Origin: an uncultured Bacilli bacterium
GTDB taxonomy: Bacteria; Bacillota_I; Bacilli_A; RF39; UBA660
Direction of reading: 5' to 3'
DNA length: 49,554 bases
Assembly: GCA_947632405.1 (NCBI GenBank)
Contig: CANRPE010000004.1
Location: forward strand, 1 to 49,554
The translations under genes were made by a program, and so were the position numbers. The stretch's first letter is position 1. Every line of letters begins with the position of its first letter. A model generated the notes under the pieces. That model was given only the letters and a program-made list of their open reading frames with translations. It did no database searches and was not told where the DNA came from. Of the stretch, positions 38,084 to 46,257 are shown piece by piece.

Positions 38084-38252
38084 CTTCATCAATACTATCA
38101 AAACTATCACATACAGTTTCTTCAGTACAACTACAATCATCATTATCACAGACACAACTTACTTTAATTTCATCTAATTCACATTCTTGTTTGTCAGTAT
38201 TTTGATGTTTGCAACTATTTACTTCACATTTAATTTTACTTTTTTTATCCAT
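38073..38252 (-). CDS. DUF1540-like small cysteine-rich protein (59 aa, not in ORF track)
   Basis: Minus-strand ATG 38252 is preceded by AGGAGG. Translation is MDKKSKIKCEVNSCKHQNTDKQECELDEIKVSCVCDNDDCSCTEETVCDSFDSIDEEKE. The KCxVxxCxH...C pattern is typical of DUF1540 proteins of spore formers. Confidence 0.5.
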   Translation of the reverse strand: MDKKSKIKCEVNSCKHQNTDKQECELDEIKVSCVCDNDDCSCTEETVCDSFDSIDEEKE

Positions 38253-38612
38253 AGTATTTTTCCTCCTATTTTAGTTTGTATAAATTTAATTAAATTTATA
38301 CTACACTTCCCCTATTTATTTTAATTTAAAATAAGAAAGAGGAGAGTAAGAGAAGTATATAGTTATTGTAGTTAAATTAATTAAATAAACTAAAGAGAGG
38401 TTAATATATATTAAATATATACTTATATAGCAAAAGAACAATTAAATTAAAAAATAATTAAATATTAAAATATAATTAGATAATTACTATTAAAAAATAT
38501 TATATATAATTATAATTATAATTAATTTATATGATAGTAATATATTATAGTATATAATTAATATATTATAGAAATATACTATTTATTTTGCTTATAGTTT
38601 TCTATTACTATA

Positions 38613-38640
38613 ACTTCCTATAATTGATATTATGTTAACT
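38613..38640 (+). other. dif: dif chromosome-dimer resolution site (XerC/XerD target)
   Basis: ACTTCCTATAATTGATATTATGTTAACT matches the Bacillus subtilis dif core as I recall it (ACTTCCTAGAATATATATTATGTAAACT) at 24 of 28 positions. It matches the E. coli XerD arm TTATGTTAAAT at 10 of 11. It lies at the coding-strand switch. Confidence 0.8.
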
Positions 38641-38651
38641 TCATTAAATTA

Positions 38652-39761
38652 CTATTTAATAATTAGTTTTTTAGGAAGTTCATGTAATGGTTGTATATGA
38701 GTAATTATTCTATTAATTGTATCTAACTTATCTTTTGTTTCAAGATAAAAATCATTAAATTCATCACTTTTATGTTGCGTTAAATATGCTATTTTTATTT
38801 GTTTTTTAAATAAATTAAGTGCTAATTCTTCTTCTGATAAATATTGAATATTCCCATTAAATAGATTATTTATAAAATCTTCTTCTAATTCATCATTAGA
38901 GAGAATTATATTAGTTATTTTGGAAGATACTGAAAGTGATTTTTCACTTCCCTTACACATTAAATAATTATTTTGACTTATAGAACTATCAATAGCCTTT
39001 AAATAAAGTGATTCACTACATGTAGGACAATAGATATAATATTTATCTTGTTCATTTAATATTGTCATTTGATGATTTACATAGTCTGTAGTTAAATCAA
39101 CTTCTTTTTCATTAGTTGTATGATACTTATTTACATATAGATTATGAGCTTCATTCCCTACTCTATTTTCTAAGTCAGTTAATAATGAACTCATATGTCT
39201 GCATACAGATCTACCTGTTGCTACTCTACAACCAAATAGCTCGTCTAATTCACATTTTTTGATAATATCAGCTGCTTTACCTGCTGCTATATAAGTATCA
39301 TAACCATGTTTCTTAGAATAAGATAGTAAGCCATTATTTAACATATATTGATAAGCTAAAGCAACTTCAAAACTATCAGTAATATCAAGACTTTTTAAAA
39401 AACTTGAAAAATCATCTAAATATTTTTCATATACATTTATACATTGATGATACTCATCACTTTGTCTTAAAGAATTCATTAAACTATTTGCGACTGAATT
39501 ATCACCTTTATTCTTTTCATATTTAATAAATGATGAAACAAGTGAAAAAGTAAAAAACAAAAGATGACCACCACTAAGCATTAATAATTTATTAGTAATA
39601 TCATCAATAGGTAAAGTTGAAGAAAGATAAAATTCTACTAAGCTTATTTCAGTTAATAAAGTTGAAAATTCAGTAAAGATTCTAACATTTTTACTTTTTA
39701 TTTGTTCTTTTATAAAACGTTGTTTAAATAATTTTGCTAAATTAAAATAATCTATTTCCAT
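38652..39761 (-). CDS. hypothetical protein with possible transglutaminase/papain-like Cys-His core
   Basis: 369 aa, SD AGGGGA. GRSVCRHMSSLLTDLENRVG resembles the G-x-C-R-D-F-A transglutaminase-core motif. VNHQMTILNEQDKYYIYCPT resembles the H-A-W-x-E...F-D-P-T segment. Confidence 0.6.
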   Translation of the reverse strand: MEIDYFNLAKLFKQRFIKEQIKSKNVRIFTEFSTLLTEISLVEFYLSSTLPIDDITNKLLMLSGGHLLFFTFSLVSSFIKYEKNKGDNSVANSLMNSLRQSDEYHQCINVYEKYLDDFSSFLKSLDITDSFEVALAYQYMLNNGLLSYSKKHGYDTYIAAGKAADIIKKCELDELFGCRVATGRSVCRHMSSLLTDLENRVGNEAHNLYVNKYHTTNEKEVDLTTDYVNHQMTILNEQDKYYIYCPTCSESLYLKAIDSSISQNNYLMCKGSEKSLSVSSKITNIILSNDELEEDFINNLFNGNIQYLSEEELALNLFKKQIKIAYLTQHKSDEFNDFYLETKDKLDTINRIITHIQPLHELPKKLIIK

Positions 39762-39806
39762 GATTTTTCCCCTAACTCAAAAACTGGACATATTATACCA
39801 TAATAA

Positions 39807-39837
39807 CAGAAAAAAAGCAATCTATAATCATTGCTTT
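39807..39837 (-). terminator. rho-independent terminator after the HTH gene
   Basis: The minus strand reads aaagcaat-gattatag-attgcttt followed by ttttctg. It separates the HTH gene from the 369-aa gene. Confidence 0.5.
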
Positions 39838-39839
39838 CT

Positions 39840-40607
39840 TTAAACTTTTCTTGATTGAATTTCTGCTATCTTTTCTAAAACTTCTTTAGCATTGTTTTCA
39901 TTAATTTCAGTATACCCTAATTCTTTTAAAGCTTGAATTTTTGCTGTATTAAGTTCTTGAGTTCTACTTAATTTTTCTTCGTTCTTATGTGCAATATCTT
40001 CTACAAATCGTTTATGAGCATCAGTTATTTTTGTTCTAGATGATCCACCATTACTATATAAAGTCATTGCACTAAACATAATACTTTCAAAGATAAATTG
40101 TTGATCTTTATTATATATAAATTCCATAGGATCTGTAAATCCTAATGATTTAGACATATATGCTAAAATATATTCTAATTCCTTATTTGTTTCCATTGAT
40201 TGTAAAAACTGATATAAATAACAAAAAGTAGTATAGGTATTTTTAGTTTTATCATCTGATAATTTTTCTTTTAACAAATTAATAATATCAGATAATATTT
40301 CCTGTTCCTTCTTATTAAATCCTTTTAACTCAGTAAATATTTCTCTATCAGCAGTGTTTTTTACTCCTTCATTTAAACGAGCTTCAACATCCATAATATA
40401 TTCGCCTGTTACTTCTATTTTATTAATTTCTTCTTCAGTAGCAACACTTAATAAGCTTAATAATTTTACTGATTTTTCTTTTGGCCATTCTGCTAATGAA
40501 TCTAATGCTAGATAATTATATAACATTTGACGAGATACACCTAGATATTTTGCTAATCTGACTTTACTAATTCCTAATTCTACTAAAACTGTATTTAAAT
40601 TTTTCAT
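39840..40607 (-). CDS. helix-turn-helix (XRE-like) DNA-binding protein with unknown C-terminal domain
   Basis: N-terminus LGISKVRLAKYLGVSRQMLYNYL. 255 aa. Has its own promoter (40631-40658) and its own terminator (39807-39837). Confidence 0.75.
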   Translation of the reverse strand: MKNLNTVLVELGISKVRLAKYLGVSRQMLYNYLALDSLAEWPKEKSVKLLSLLSVATEEEINKIEVTGEYIMDVEARLNEGVKNTADREIFTELKGFNKKEQEILSDIINLLKEKLSDDKTKNTYTTFCYLYQFLQSMETNKELEYILAYMSKSLGFTDPMEFIYNKDQQFIFESIMFSAMTLYSNGGSSRTKITDAHKRFVEDIAHKNEEKLSRTQELNTAKIQALKELGYTEINENNAKEVLEKIAEIQSRKV

Positions 40608-40630
40608 CTTGTTATTACCCTCCTAATTTA

Positions 40631-40658
40631 ATTTTATCATCTTTACGTAAATAGTCAA
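40631..40658 (-). promoter_or_regulatory. sigma-A type promoter TTGACT-16-TAAAAT with TG extension (HTH gene)
   Basis: The reverse complement reads TTGACTatttacgtaaagaTGaTAAAAT. Confidence 0.55.
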
Positions 40659-40698
40659 GAAAAAAGTATGTAAAATGCTTTACATACTTGATTTTTTT
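40659..40698. terminator. strong hairpin after mnmA (bidirectional T-runs)
   Basis: aagtatgtaaa-atgc-tttacatactt, a perfect 11-bp stem. Confidence 0.65.
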
Positions 40699-40729
40699 TA
40701 TTTAATTATATATAATGCGATAATTAAAA

Positions 40730-41836
40730 TTATAAGTACCATAATTTTTGTTTATTTTTTTGGACTTCTTTAATAATTCCTCCACCAAGACATATATCAT
40801 TTAAATATAAAACACAAGCTTGTCCTGGAGTTACAGCTTTAACTTTGTCGTATTCAACTAAAATAGTTTCATTATCATAATATGTTAATTTAACTGGAAT
40901 ATCATCTTGACGATATCTGAATTTAGCAAAGCAATCCGTTGGTCTTAAATCACAATTAAAATTAAGTGTATCAATAATGCAGCTAGTTGAATATAAATAT
41001 TCGTTATCACCAAAAGATACATATAAAATATTTTTAGTTAAATCCTTACCTACTACAAACATTTTATCTTGATTTCCACCAATATTTAAACCCTTTCTCT
41101 GCCCTATTGTATAATACATTAATCCAATATGTTCTCCGACTTTTTGAGAAGTTGAAATATCAATAACATTTCCTGGTTGTGCTGGCAAATAGTTTTTTAA
41201 AAAATTTTTAAAATTTCTTTCACCAATAAAACAAATTCCTGTAGAATCTTTTTTAGTTGCTGTTATAAGATTTAATTTCTGTGCAATAGCACGTACTTCT
41301 TCTTTTAAATAATCTCCAAGTGGAAATAAAACATTTTTTAGTTGTTCAGAATTTAATTGAGATAAAAAGTAGGTTTGATCTTTATTTATATCTTTTGCTT
41401 TTTTTAGATAGCCATTTTCAAGTTTTGCATAATGTCCTGTTGCGATAAAATCTGCTCCTAACTTTTTTGCTTCTTTTACAAAATAATCAAACTTAATATA
41501 TTTATTACACATAATATCAGGATTTGGAGTACGACCTTTTTTTAATTCATCTAAAAAATAAGTAAAGACATTATCCCAATATTCTTTAACAAAATCAACT
41601 CTATGCAAAGGAATATTAAGTTTTTTACAAACAGCTAAAGCATCATTATAATCTTGTTCTTGAGGACATATTTGTTGATTAGTTAAAGTTGGATTTCCTA
41701 ATATATCATTATTTATTAATGAATCCCAGTTTCGCATAAAAAGACCTATTACTTCATAACCTTGTTCTTTTAATAAGTAAGCACATACTGATGAATCTAC
41801 TCCTCCTGACATTCCAACTATTACCTTTTTACCCAT
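40730..41836 (-). CDS. mnmA: tRNA 2-thiouridine(34) synthase MnmA
   Basis: PP-loop [11 protein letters not shown] and collinear MnmA pattern ([16 protein letters not shown]). Confidence 0.95.
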   Translation of the reverse strand: MGKKVIVGMSGGVDSSVCAYLLKEQGYEVIGLFMRNWDSLINNDILGNPTLTNQQICPQEQDYNDALAVCKKLNIPLHRVDFVKEYWDNVFTYFLDELKKGRTPNPDIMCNKYIKFDYFVKEAKKLGADFIATGHYAKLENGYLKKAKDINKDQTYFLSQLNSEQLKNVLFPLGDYLKEEVRAIAQKLNLITATKKDSTGICFIGERNFKNFLKNYLPAQPGNVIDISTSQKVGEHIGLMYYTIGQRKGLNIGGNQDKMFVVGKDLTKNILYVSFGDNEYLYSTSCIIDTLNFNCDLRPTDCFAKFRYRQDDIPVKLTYYDNETILVEYDKVKAVTPGQACVLYLNDICLGGGIIKEVQKNKQKLWYL

Positions 41837-41872
41837 GTTAATACCACCTAATCTATATTATACACTAACTAA

Positions 41873-42472
41873 TTAAATTTGTAAAAAATTTAATATTGTC
41901 GGAACAATATATACTTCTAAAATACTACTTATTATAATAAATAATAAACTAATAGTTAATATTTTAAAGTATTTTTTCATAATATGATTAAAATTAATAT
42001 CTTTTTTAAAAAATAATAATTTATTTAAATTTTTAGAAAATATTATTGCATAGTAACTTAAATATATAATAGCAAATAAATTAATAAATAATGGTATTAT
42101 ATAAATAAAACAAATTATAATACCTTTTAATTTATAAAAATATAAAATACTACTTATACTAAATCCTAAGATAAAGCTCTTTATTATTAAAATTATTATA
42201 ATTATAGGAATTCCAATAATAGAAATACCTAATAGCCAAATTGAAACAATATAAAATATATTAGAAAAAATACTACTTGTAAATGCTTTAAAATAATTAA
42301 ATTTATCTAACTGACTAAAAAATGTAGTTAGACATTCTTCTATTGCTTTTTTATCTTGATTTGATAAAATTGCTGTATAAAATATTCCTAATAAAATGGA
42401 AATACTTACTACTAGTAATAATCTAAATAATAGTTTATTTTTAATACTACGTTTTATTTTATATTTTTTCAT
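41873..42472 (-). CDS. spoIIM: stage II sporulation protein M
   Basis: 199-aa polytopic protein. WLLGISIIGIPIIIIILIIKSFILGFSIS parallels B. subtilis SpoIIM [29 protein letters not shown]. It lies near xerD, as spoIIM does in B. subtilis. Confidence 0.8.
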   Translation of the reverse strand: MKKYKIKRSIKNKLLFRLLLVVSISILLGIFYTAILSNQDKKAIEECLTTFFSQLDKFNYFKAFTSSIFSNIFYIVSIWLLGISIIGIPIIIIILIIKSFILGFSISSILYFYKLKGIIICFIYIIPLFINLFAIIYLSYYAIIFSKNLNKLLFFKKDINFNHIMKKYFKILTISLLFIIISSILEVYIVPTILNFLQI

Positions 42473-42574
42473 AATCTCACCTATGCTAACATATTCATAA
42501 TTAAGAGTAGAAAGACTTTATTTTAATAGACTTTTTACAACAAATATTTTATAATGATACTAGAGGTGAAACAT

Positions 42575-42661
42575 ATGAATGAAAAACTAGTTAAATATGT
42601 ATCTTTATTTTTAGCAATTATTATGTTAATAGGATTTTTAAGTGTACTTATTTATATTTAA
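42575..42661 (+). CDS. 28-aa hydrophobic mini-protein (not in ORF track)
   Basis: MNEKLVKYVSLFLAIIMLIGFLSVLIYI. SD GAGGTGA lies 5 nt upstream, the promoter-like TAGACT-17-TATAAT further upstream, and a perfect hairpin terminator directly after the stop. Confidence 0.35.
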   Translation: MNEKLVKYVSLFLAIIMLIGFLSVLIYI

Positions 42662-42664
42662 TAA

Positions 42665-42690
42665 AAAATGTTCCAAATTTGGAACATTTT
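42665..42690. terminator. bidirectional hairpin
   Basis: aaaatgttcc-aaattt-ggaacatttt, a perfect palindrome between the mini-ORF and the 98-aa gene. Confidence 0.6.
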
Positions 42691-42985
42691 ATTTTTCTAT
42701 ATAACCTTCTAATTCTGGAATTACTTCTTTTTGAGAATTAATATTATATTTATTTACAATATCATTTATTCTTTGCGTGTCTTTTGAAAAATATAGTAAA
42801 AGTAATCCTGCTACTCTATTTGCAATATATCTTTCAACTGCAATTTTTTCTTTTTCATTGATATTATATTTATGATATAAATAATTAATGGGATTATCTT
42901 TATAAATATAATTTACTAAAGAATTAGAAATAGTATTAATATCTTTATTTTTATCCTTAATTTGAATTCTTGACCATACTTTCAT
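42689..42985 (-). CDS. hypothetical protein (98 aa)
   Basis: ATG 42985 has the SD GGGAAG 8 nt upstream (track start is GTG 42994). Contains the internal duplication KYNINEKEK / KYNINSQKE. No family recognised. Confidence 0.5.
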   Translation of the reverse strand: MKVWSRIQIKDKNKDINTISNSLVNYIYKDNPINYLYHKYNINEKEKIAVERYIANRVAGLLLLYFSKDTQRINDIVNKYNINSQKEVIPELEGYIEK

Positions 42986-43047
42986 GTAATACACTTCCCA
43001 TCAATATAGCTTATTATTATACAATAAAATCCTTATAATAGCAATTA

Positions 43048-43764
43048 TCATTGTAATATTTTTTTAATTTTTATATCCTCTTTTTCAAAAATAGTTATTT
43101 TATTATCTTTAAGAATCGCTAATAAAATATTATTATAATTTGAATAACCTTTTTTCTTTAATTCTTTATTTAACCAATCAATACTTTTATTACTATTTTT
43201 TAAATTTTTAGTCATTAATTTTCCATCTATAATAATATTACTAGCTAAACTTTCTTTTTCTTTTTTAATATTTAAATCAACTAAATTTGGAACTTGATAA
43301 TCTATTTTAGGTAGAAAACTAATTTTTCCATTTGCTTCCATAATAGCATAACTAATTTCTGAAATATCAAAGTAACCTGCTCCACGACATTGTTCTAGTA
43401 AATCATTAATATCTATTTTTGTTTTTTTAAGACTCTCTGTACTAATTTTTCCATCTTCTATAATAATTGTTGGAACTCCTATTAAAAAGCGTCTTAAAAC
43501 AATACTTTTCATAGTAATATATGATACTAAATAAGAAACAAGGCCAAATGTTATCATAGCTATAATTCCATTTATATATTGATTATCAATATTCATAACC
43601 ATTTCTGCTGTAAAATTACCTATAGATATTCCAATGACATAATCAAATAAACTAAGCTCTGATACTTGTTTTTTACCAATTAACTTAGTAATAAAAAATA
43701 AAACAATTAATGAAATAACACTTCTAGGAATAATACTAAGTGCTTCTGATATATTAATATTCAT
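43048..43764 (-). CDS. DUF421 (YetF/YdfS-like) membrane protein
   Basis: LIGKKQVSELSLFDYVIGISIGNFTAEM is the typical DUF421 N-terminal signature. The C-terminal domain is soluble. Confidence 0.8.
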   Translation of the reverse strand: MNINISEALSIIPRSVISLIVLFFITKLIGKKQVSELSLFDYVIGISIGNFTAEMVMNIDNQYINGIIAMITFGLVSYLVSYITMKSIVLRRFLIGVPTIIIEDGKISTESLKKTKIDINDLLEQCRGAGYFDISEISYAIMEANGKISFLPKIDYQVPNLVDLNIKKEKESLASNIIIDGKLMTKNLKNSNKSIDWLNKELKKKGYSNYNNILLAILKDNKITIFEKEDIKIKKILQ

Positions 43765-43804
43765 TTTTCTCACCACTATTAATATGAATAAATGTAGAAA
43801 ATAT

Positions 43805-43832
43805 ATTCAAAAAAAGAGACATTAGTCTCTTT
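43805..43832 (-). terminator. rho-independent terminator of spoIVB
   Basis: The minus strand reads aaagagac-taat-gtctcttt followed by TTTTTG. Confidence 0.55.
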
Positions 43833-44817
43833 AATTTTCTCCTTCTTCTAACATAGTAGTAATAAAAATACCATATCCCTTTGTAGTATCATTAACAATA
43901 ACATGAGTAACAGCACCAATTAATTTATTATTTTGAATAATAGGAGAACCACTCATTCCCTGAACAATTCCTCCTGTTCTATCTAAAAGATTTTTATCTT
44001 TGATTTCAAATAGAATATTCTTAGTTTCATTATTTTTATCTATATTAATAATTTCTATTTCAAAATCTTCTATTTTTTCATCTTCAATTACAGTTTTTAT
44101 TGATGCTTTACCTAGTTTAATATCATCAATTGTTCCTACTTCAATTAAATTATTTTGATCAATATTACTCTCATATGATCCAAATATTCCAGAAATTTCA
44201 TTTCCTGTTATCGTTCCAAACACTTTGGTTTTATCATATTGAGCATTTTTTTGACCTGCTTTTCCATTACTACTTTTTTCAATTCCAATAACATTTGCTC
44301 CAAAAATAATTCCTCGATCAATTTCAAATTTAGATGCTGTTGTTTGTTCATCAATTTCATGACCTAAAGCTCCAAATATTTTTGTATTTGGATCAATATA
44401 TGTTAATGTTCCTATTCCAGTAATTTTATCTTTTACATATATTCCAGTCTTAGTAATTCCATCTTCATCTTCTACTAAATTTAACGATATTTCTTTTTCT
44501 TCCTGATTTCTTAGAACTGTAAAATCTACTGTATTTTTTGTTGTTTCGTTAATAATTTTAATCATAGTATCTATAGAATCAATTTCTTTATTTTCCATTT
44601 TTAAAATTCTATCTCCTACTTCAAAACCAGCATTTCTAGCAATATATGCATCATTTACTTTATAAAAACCAACAACTAATACTCCTTTCGAATTTACTTC
44701 AATTCCAACTGTTTCTCCTCCTGGTACAACAAAATTTGAATAAGCAAATACATTTAGTGGCATAATAAAAAGAAGAAGTAGTACAAAAAGTTTATGTAGT
44801 TTGTTTTTAAAATTCAT
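43831..44817 (-). CDS. spoIVB: SpoIVB peptidase (S55 signalling serine protease)
   Basis: Signal anchor, PDZ-like region (GFEVGDRILKMENKEI), GIGTLTYIDPNTKIFGALGHEI, and catalytic GMSGSPIIQNNKLIGAVTHV. ATG 44817 follows the SD GAGGTGA. Confidence 0.9.
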   Translation of the reverse strand: MNFKNKLHKLFVLLLLFIMPLNVFAYSNFVVPGGETVGIEVNSKGVLVVGFYKVNDAYIARNAGFEVGDRILKMENKEIDSIDTMIKIINETTKNTVDFTVLRNQEEKEISLNLVEDEDGITKTGIYVKDKITGIGTLTYIDPNTKIFGALGHEIDEQTTASKFEIDRGIIFGANVIGIEKSSNGKAGQKNAQYDKTKVFGTITGNEISGIFGSYESNIDQNNLIEVGTIDDIKLGKASIKTVIEDEKIEDFEIEIINIDKNNETKNILFEIKDKNLLDRTGGIVQGMSGSPIIQNNKLIGAVTHVIVNDTTKGYGIFITTMLEEGEN

Positions 44818-44881
44818 AAAAATCACCTCATAAAAACTTACTACATTATTAGTCTATACAAACATCTTCTTTTTATATTAA

Positions 44882-46252
44882 TCAATTTTTTCCAGTAGTT
44901 ATTCTTCGTTTTATTTTTCTTTTTTTATTATAATTTTTTTTATTTTGGAAATCATTATAATTAGCTAATTCCAAAGCCTTATCGTAAAGTTGTTGTTGAT
45001 CACTATATTCCTCGATATAAGTATTTATTAATGTATCTGTTAAAATTTGTTGATTTAACTGATAACTATCTGAATTTTCTTTTTGTTGGTTTTGCCTAAC
45101 AAATATTAAACATTTTGCCAAATCTTCGATTGTTATTTCTCTTTCTAGATATGGTTCTAAATCTTGATAATAAAATAAACATTTTTCTTTACCATCTATA
45201 AAATTTTTTAAACAATTATTTTCCATTAATTGACAAATATAATCTGCTTTCATTCCAAATAAACTATAATAATTTGCAATCGAATAAATAAGCTTACTTG
45301 CCTTTAAATCTTGAATATTATTAAGTTCATTTATAGCTTGTTCTGGATTATTATTTTTATCAAAAAAAGGTGTTAATGTACTAATTAGATTATCTTTATC
45401 AATTATCTTAAAAAAAGCTTTTGTTCGAGCAAAATAACGATAATTTTGGTAAGTACTATCTTCTTTTTCTTCTTTAGACTTAGCATAAAAATCAAAATAT
45501 AAGATAGAATTAACATTATATTTTTCATCATTTACATAAACAAAATTTCTATAATATTGTTTTTTAGAATTATTTTGTTTTAAGATATCAATAGCTGAAT
45601 TCATCCCTAATTTTTTAACTACAAAATCAAAAATAACAGTAGATTTTATTATATTATTTTTTTCTTTTTCTAAGTCATTAGTAATATTTTGAGAATTTAA
45701 ATTATCTAATTGGTCTTTTTCACTTATATTTCTTTTAATTTCATCATATAAGTAAAGTAATTGTTCTAATGGGGATAATTCAATTACTTTTTCAAATATA
45801 GTATTAATTAATTGAATCATTTTAATAAATTCTTGATAAGTAATTATTTGATTTTGGATTTTTATTTTTAAAAAGGTACTAAAATCTTCTTTTAAAAATA
45901 AATCTAACTTATCATAATCATTTGGAGTAACAACTAAAATTGGTTCTTGAGATTTTAAACTAGGATTATTTTTTAAAAATTTAATTGTATTTTCGATATT
46001 ATTTTCATTACTACAAATTTTAATAGTTTGAGCATTTTTAATTTGAAATTTTTCTAAATCTTTTGAATCATAAAAATAGCCTTTAGAACGAAAAGCATTT
46101 CGAACTAATTCATATACTTTTTCTTCTTGATATGTTTTTTCTAATGTTTCTGTAGGATCTATATATAAAATAAGATTATAATCATCAATTAATTGATATT
46201 TATCAGTACTAGTTTCATTTTTTTCAGATTTTAAAAAAATTTCTAAATTCAT
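44882..46252 (-). CDS. hypothetical protein, gene 3 of unknown trio (possible Cys-less transglutaminase-like scaffold, basic tail)
   Basis: 456 aa. Its SD AAGGAG is embedded in the 3' end of the upstream gene. Region aa 155-260 is LSPLEQLLYLYDEIK ... STVIFDFVVKKLGMNSAIDIL ... YYRNFVYVNDEKYNVNSILYFDF. Confidence 0.65.
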   Translation of the reverse strand: MNLEIFLKSEKNETSTDKYQLIDDYNLILYIDPTETLEKTYQEEKVYELVRNAFRSKGYFYDSKDLEKFQIKNAQTIKICSNENNIENTIKFLKNNPSLKSQEPILVVTPNDYDKLDLFLKEDFSTFLKIKIQNQIITYQEFIKMIQLINTIFEKVIELSPLEQLLYLYDEIKRNISEKDQLDNLNSQNITNDLEKEKNNIIKSTVIFDFVVKKLGMNSAIDILKQNNSKKQYYRNFVYVNDEKYNVNSILYFDFYAKSKEEKEDSTYQNYRYFARTKAFFKIIDKDNLISTLTPFFDKNNNPEQAINELNNIQDLKASKLIYSIANYYSLFGMKADYICQLMENNCLKNFIDGKEKCLFYYQDLEPYLEREITIEDLAKCLIFVRQNQQKENSDSYQLNQQILTDTLINTYIEEYSDQQQLYDKALELANYNDFQNKKNYNKKRKIKRRITTGKN

Positions 46253-46257
46253 ATGTT

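Noticed and set aside
38305-38332. Possible second, degenerate dif (ACTTCCCCTATTTATTTTAATTTAAAAT) that would make the AT-rich tract an Xer-integrated element.
   Set aside because: Only the ACTTCC hexamer is specific. The remaining matches (about 17 of 28 overall) are what A/T-only sequence gives by chance, and the XerD arm TTATGTnAACT is absent.
38506-38523. 3x ATAATT tandem hexamer as a microsatellite or phase-variation tract.
   Set aside because: It is non-coding, very short, and embedded in almost pure A/T DNA where such runs arise by composition alone.
40664-40689. GTATGTAAAAT inside the mnmA terminator resembles the XerD arm TTATGTAAACT, suggesting a right-hand boundary for an integrative element beside dif.
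   Set aside because: The upstream 17 nt show no similarity to the XerC arm or central region. The sequence is fully explained as one arm of a perfect 11-bp terminator stem.
44818-44881. A sigma-F/sigma-G type forespore promoter for spoIVB in the gap after the trio (a GTATA box is present).
   Set aside because: No acceptable -10 (CATnnTA-like) lies at the required 15-18-nt spacing from GTATA. I cannot support a promoter call from sequence alone.
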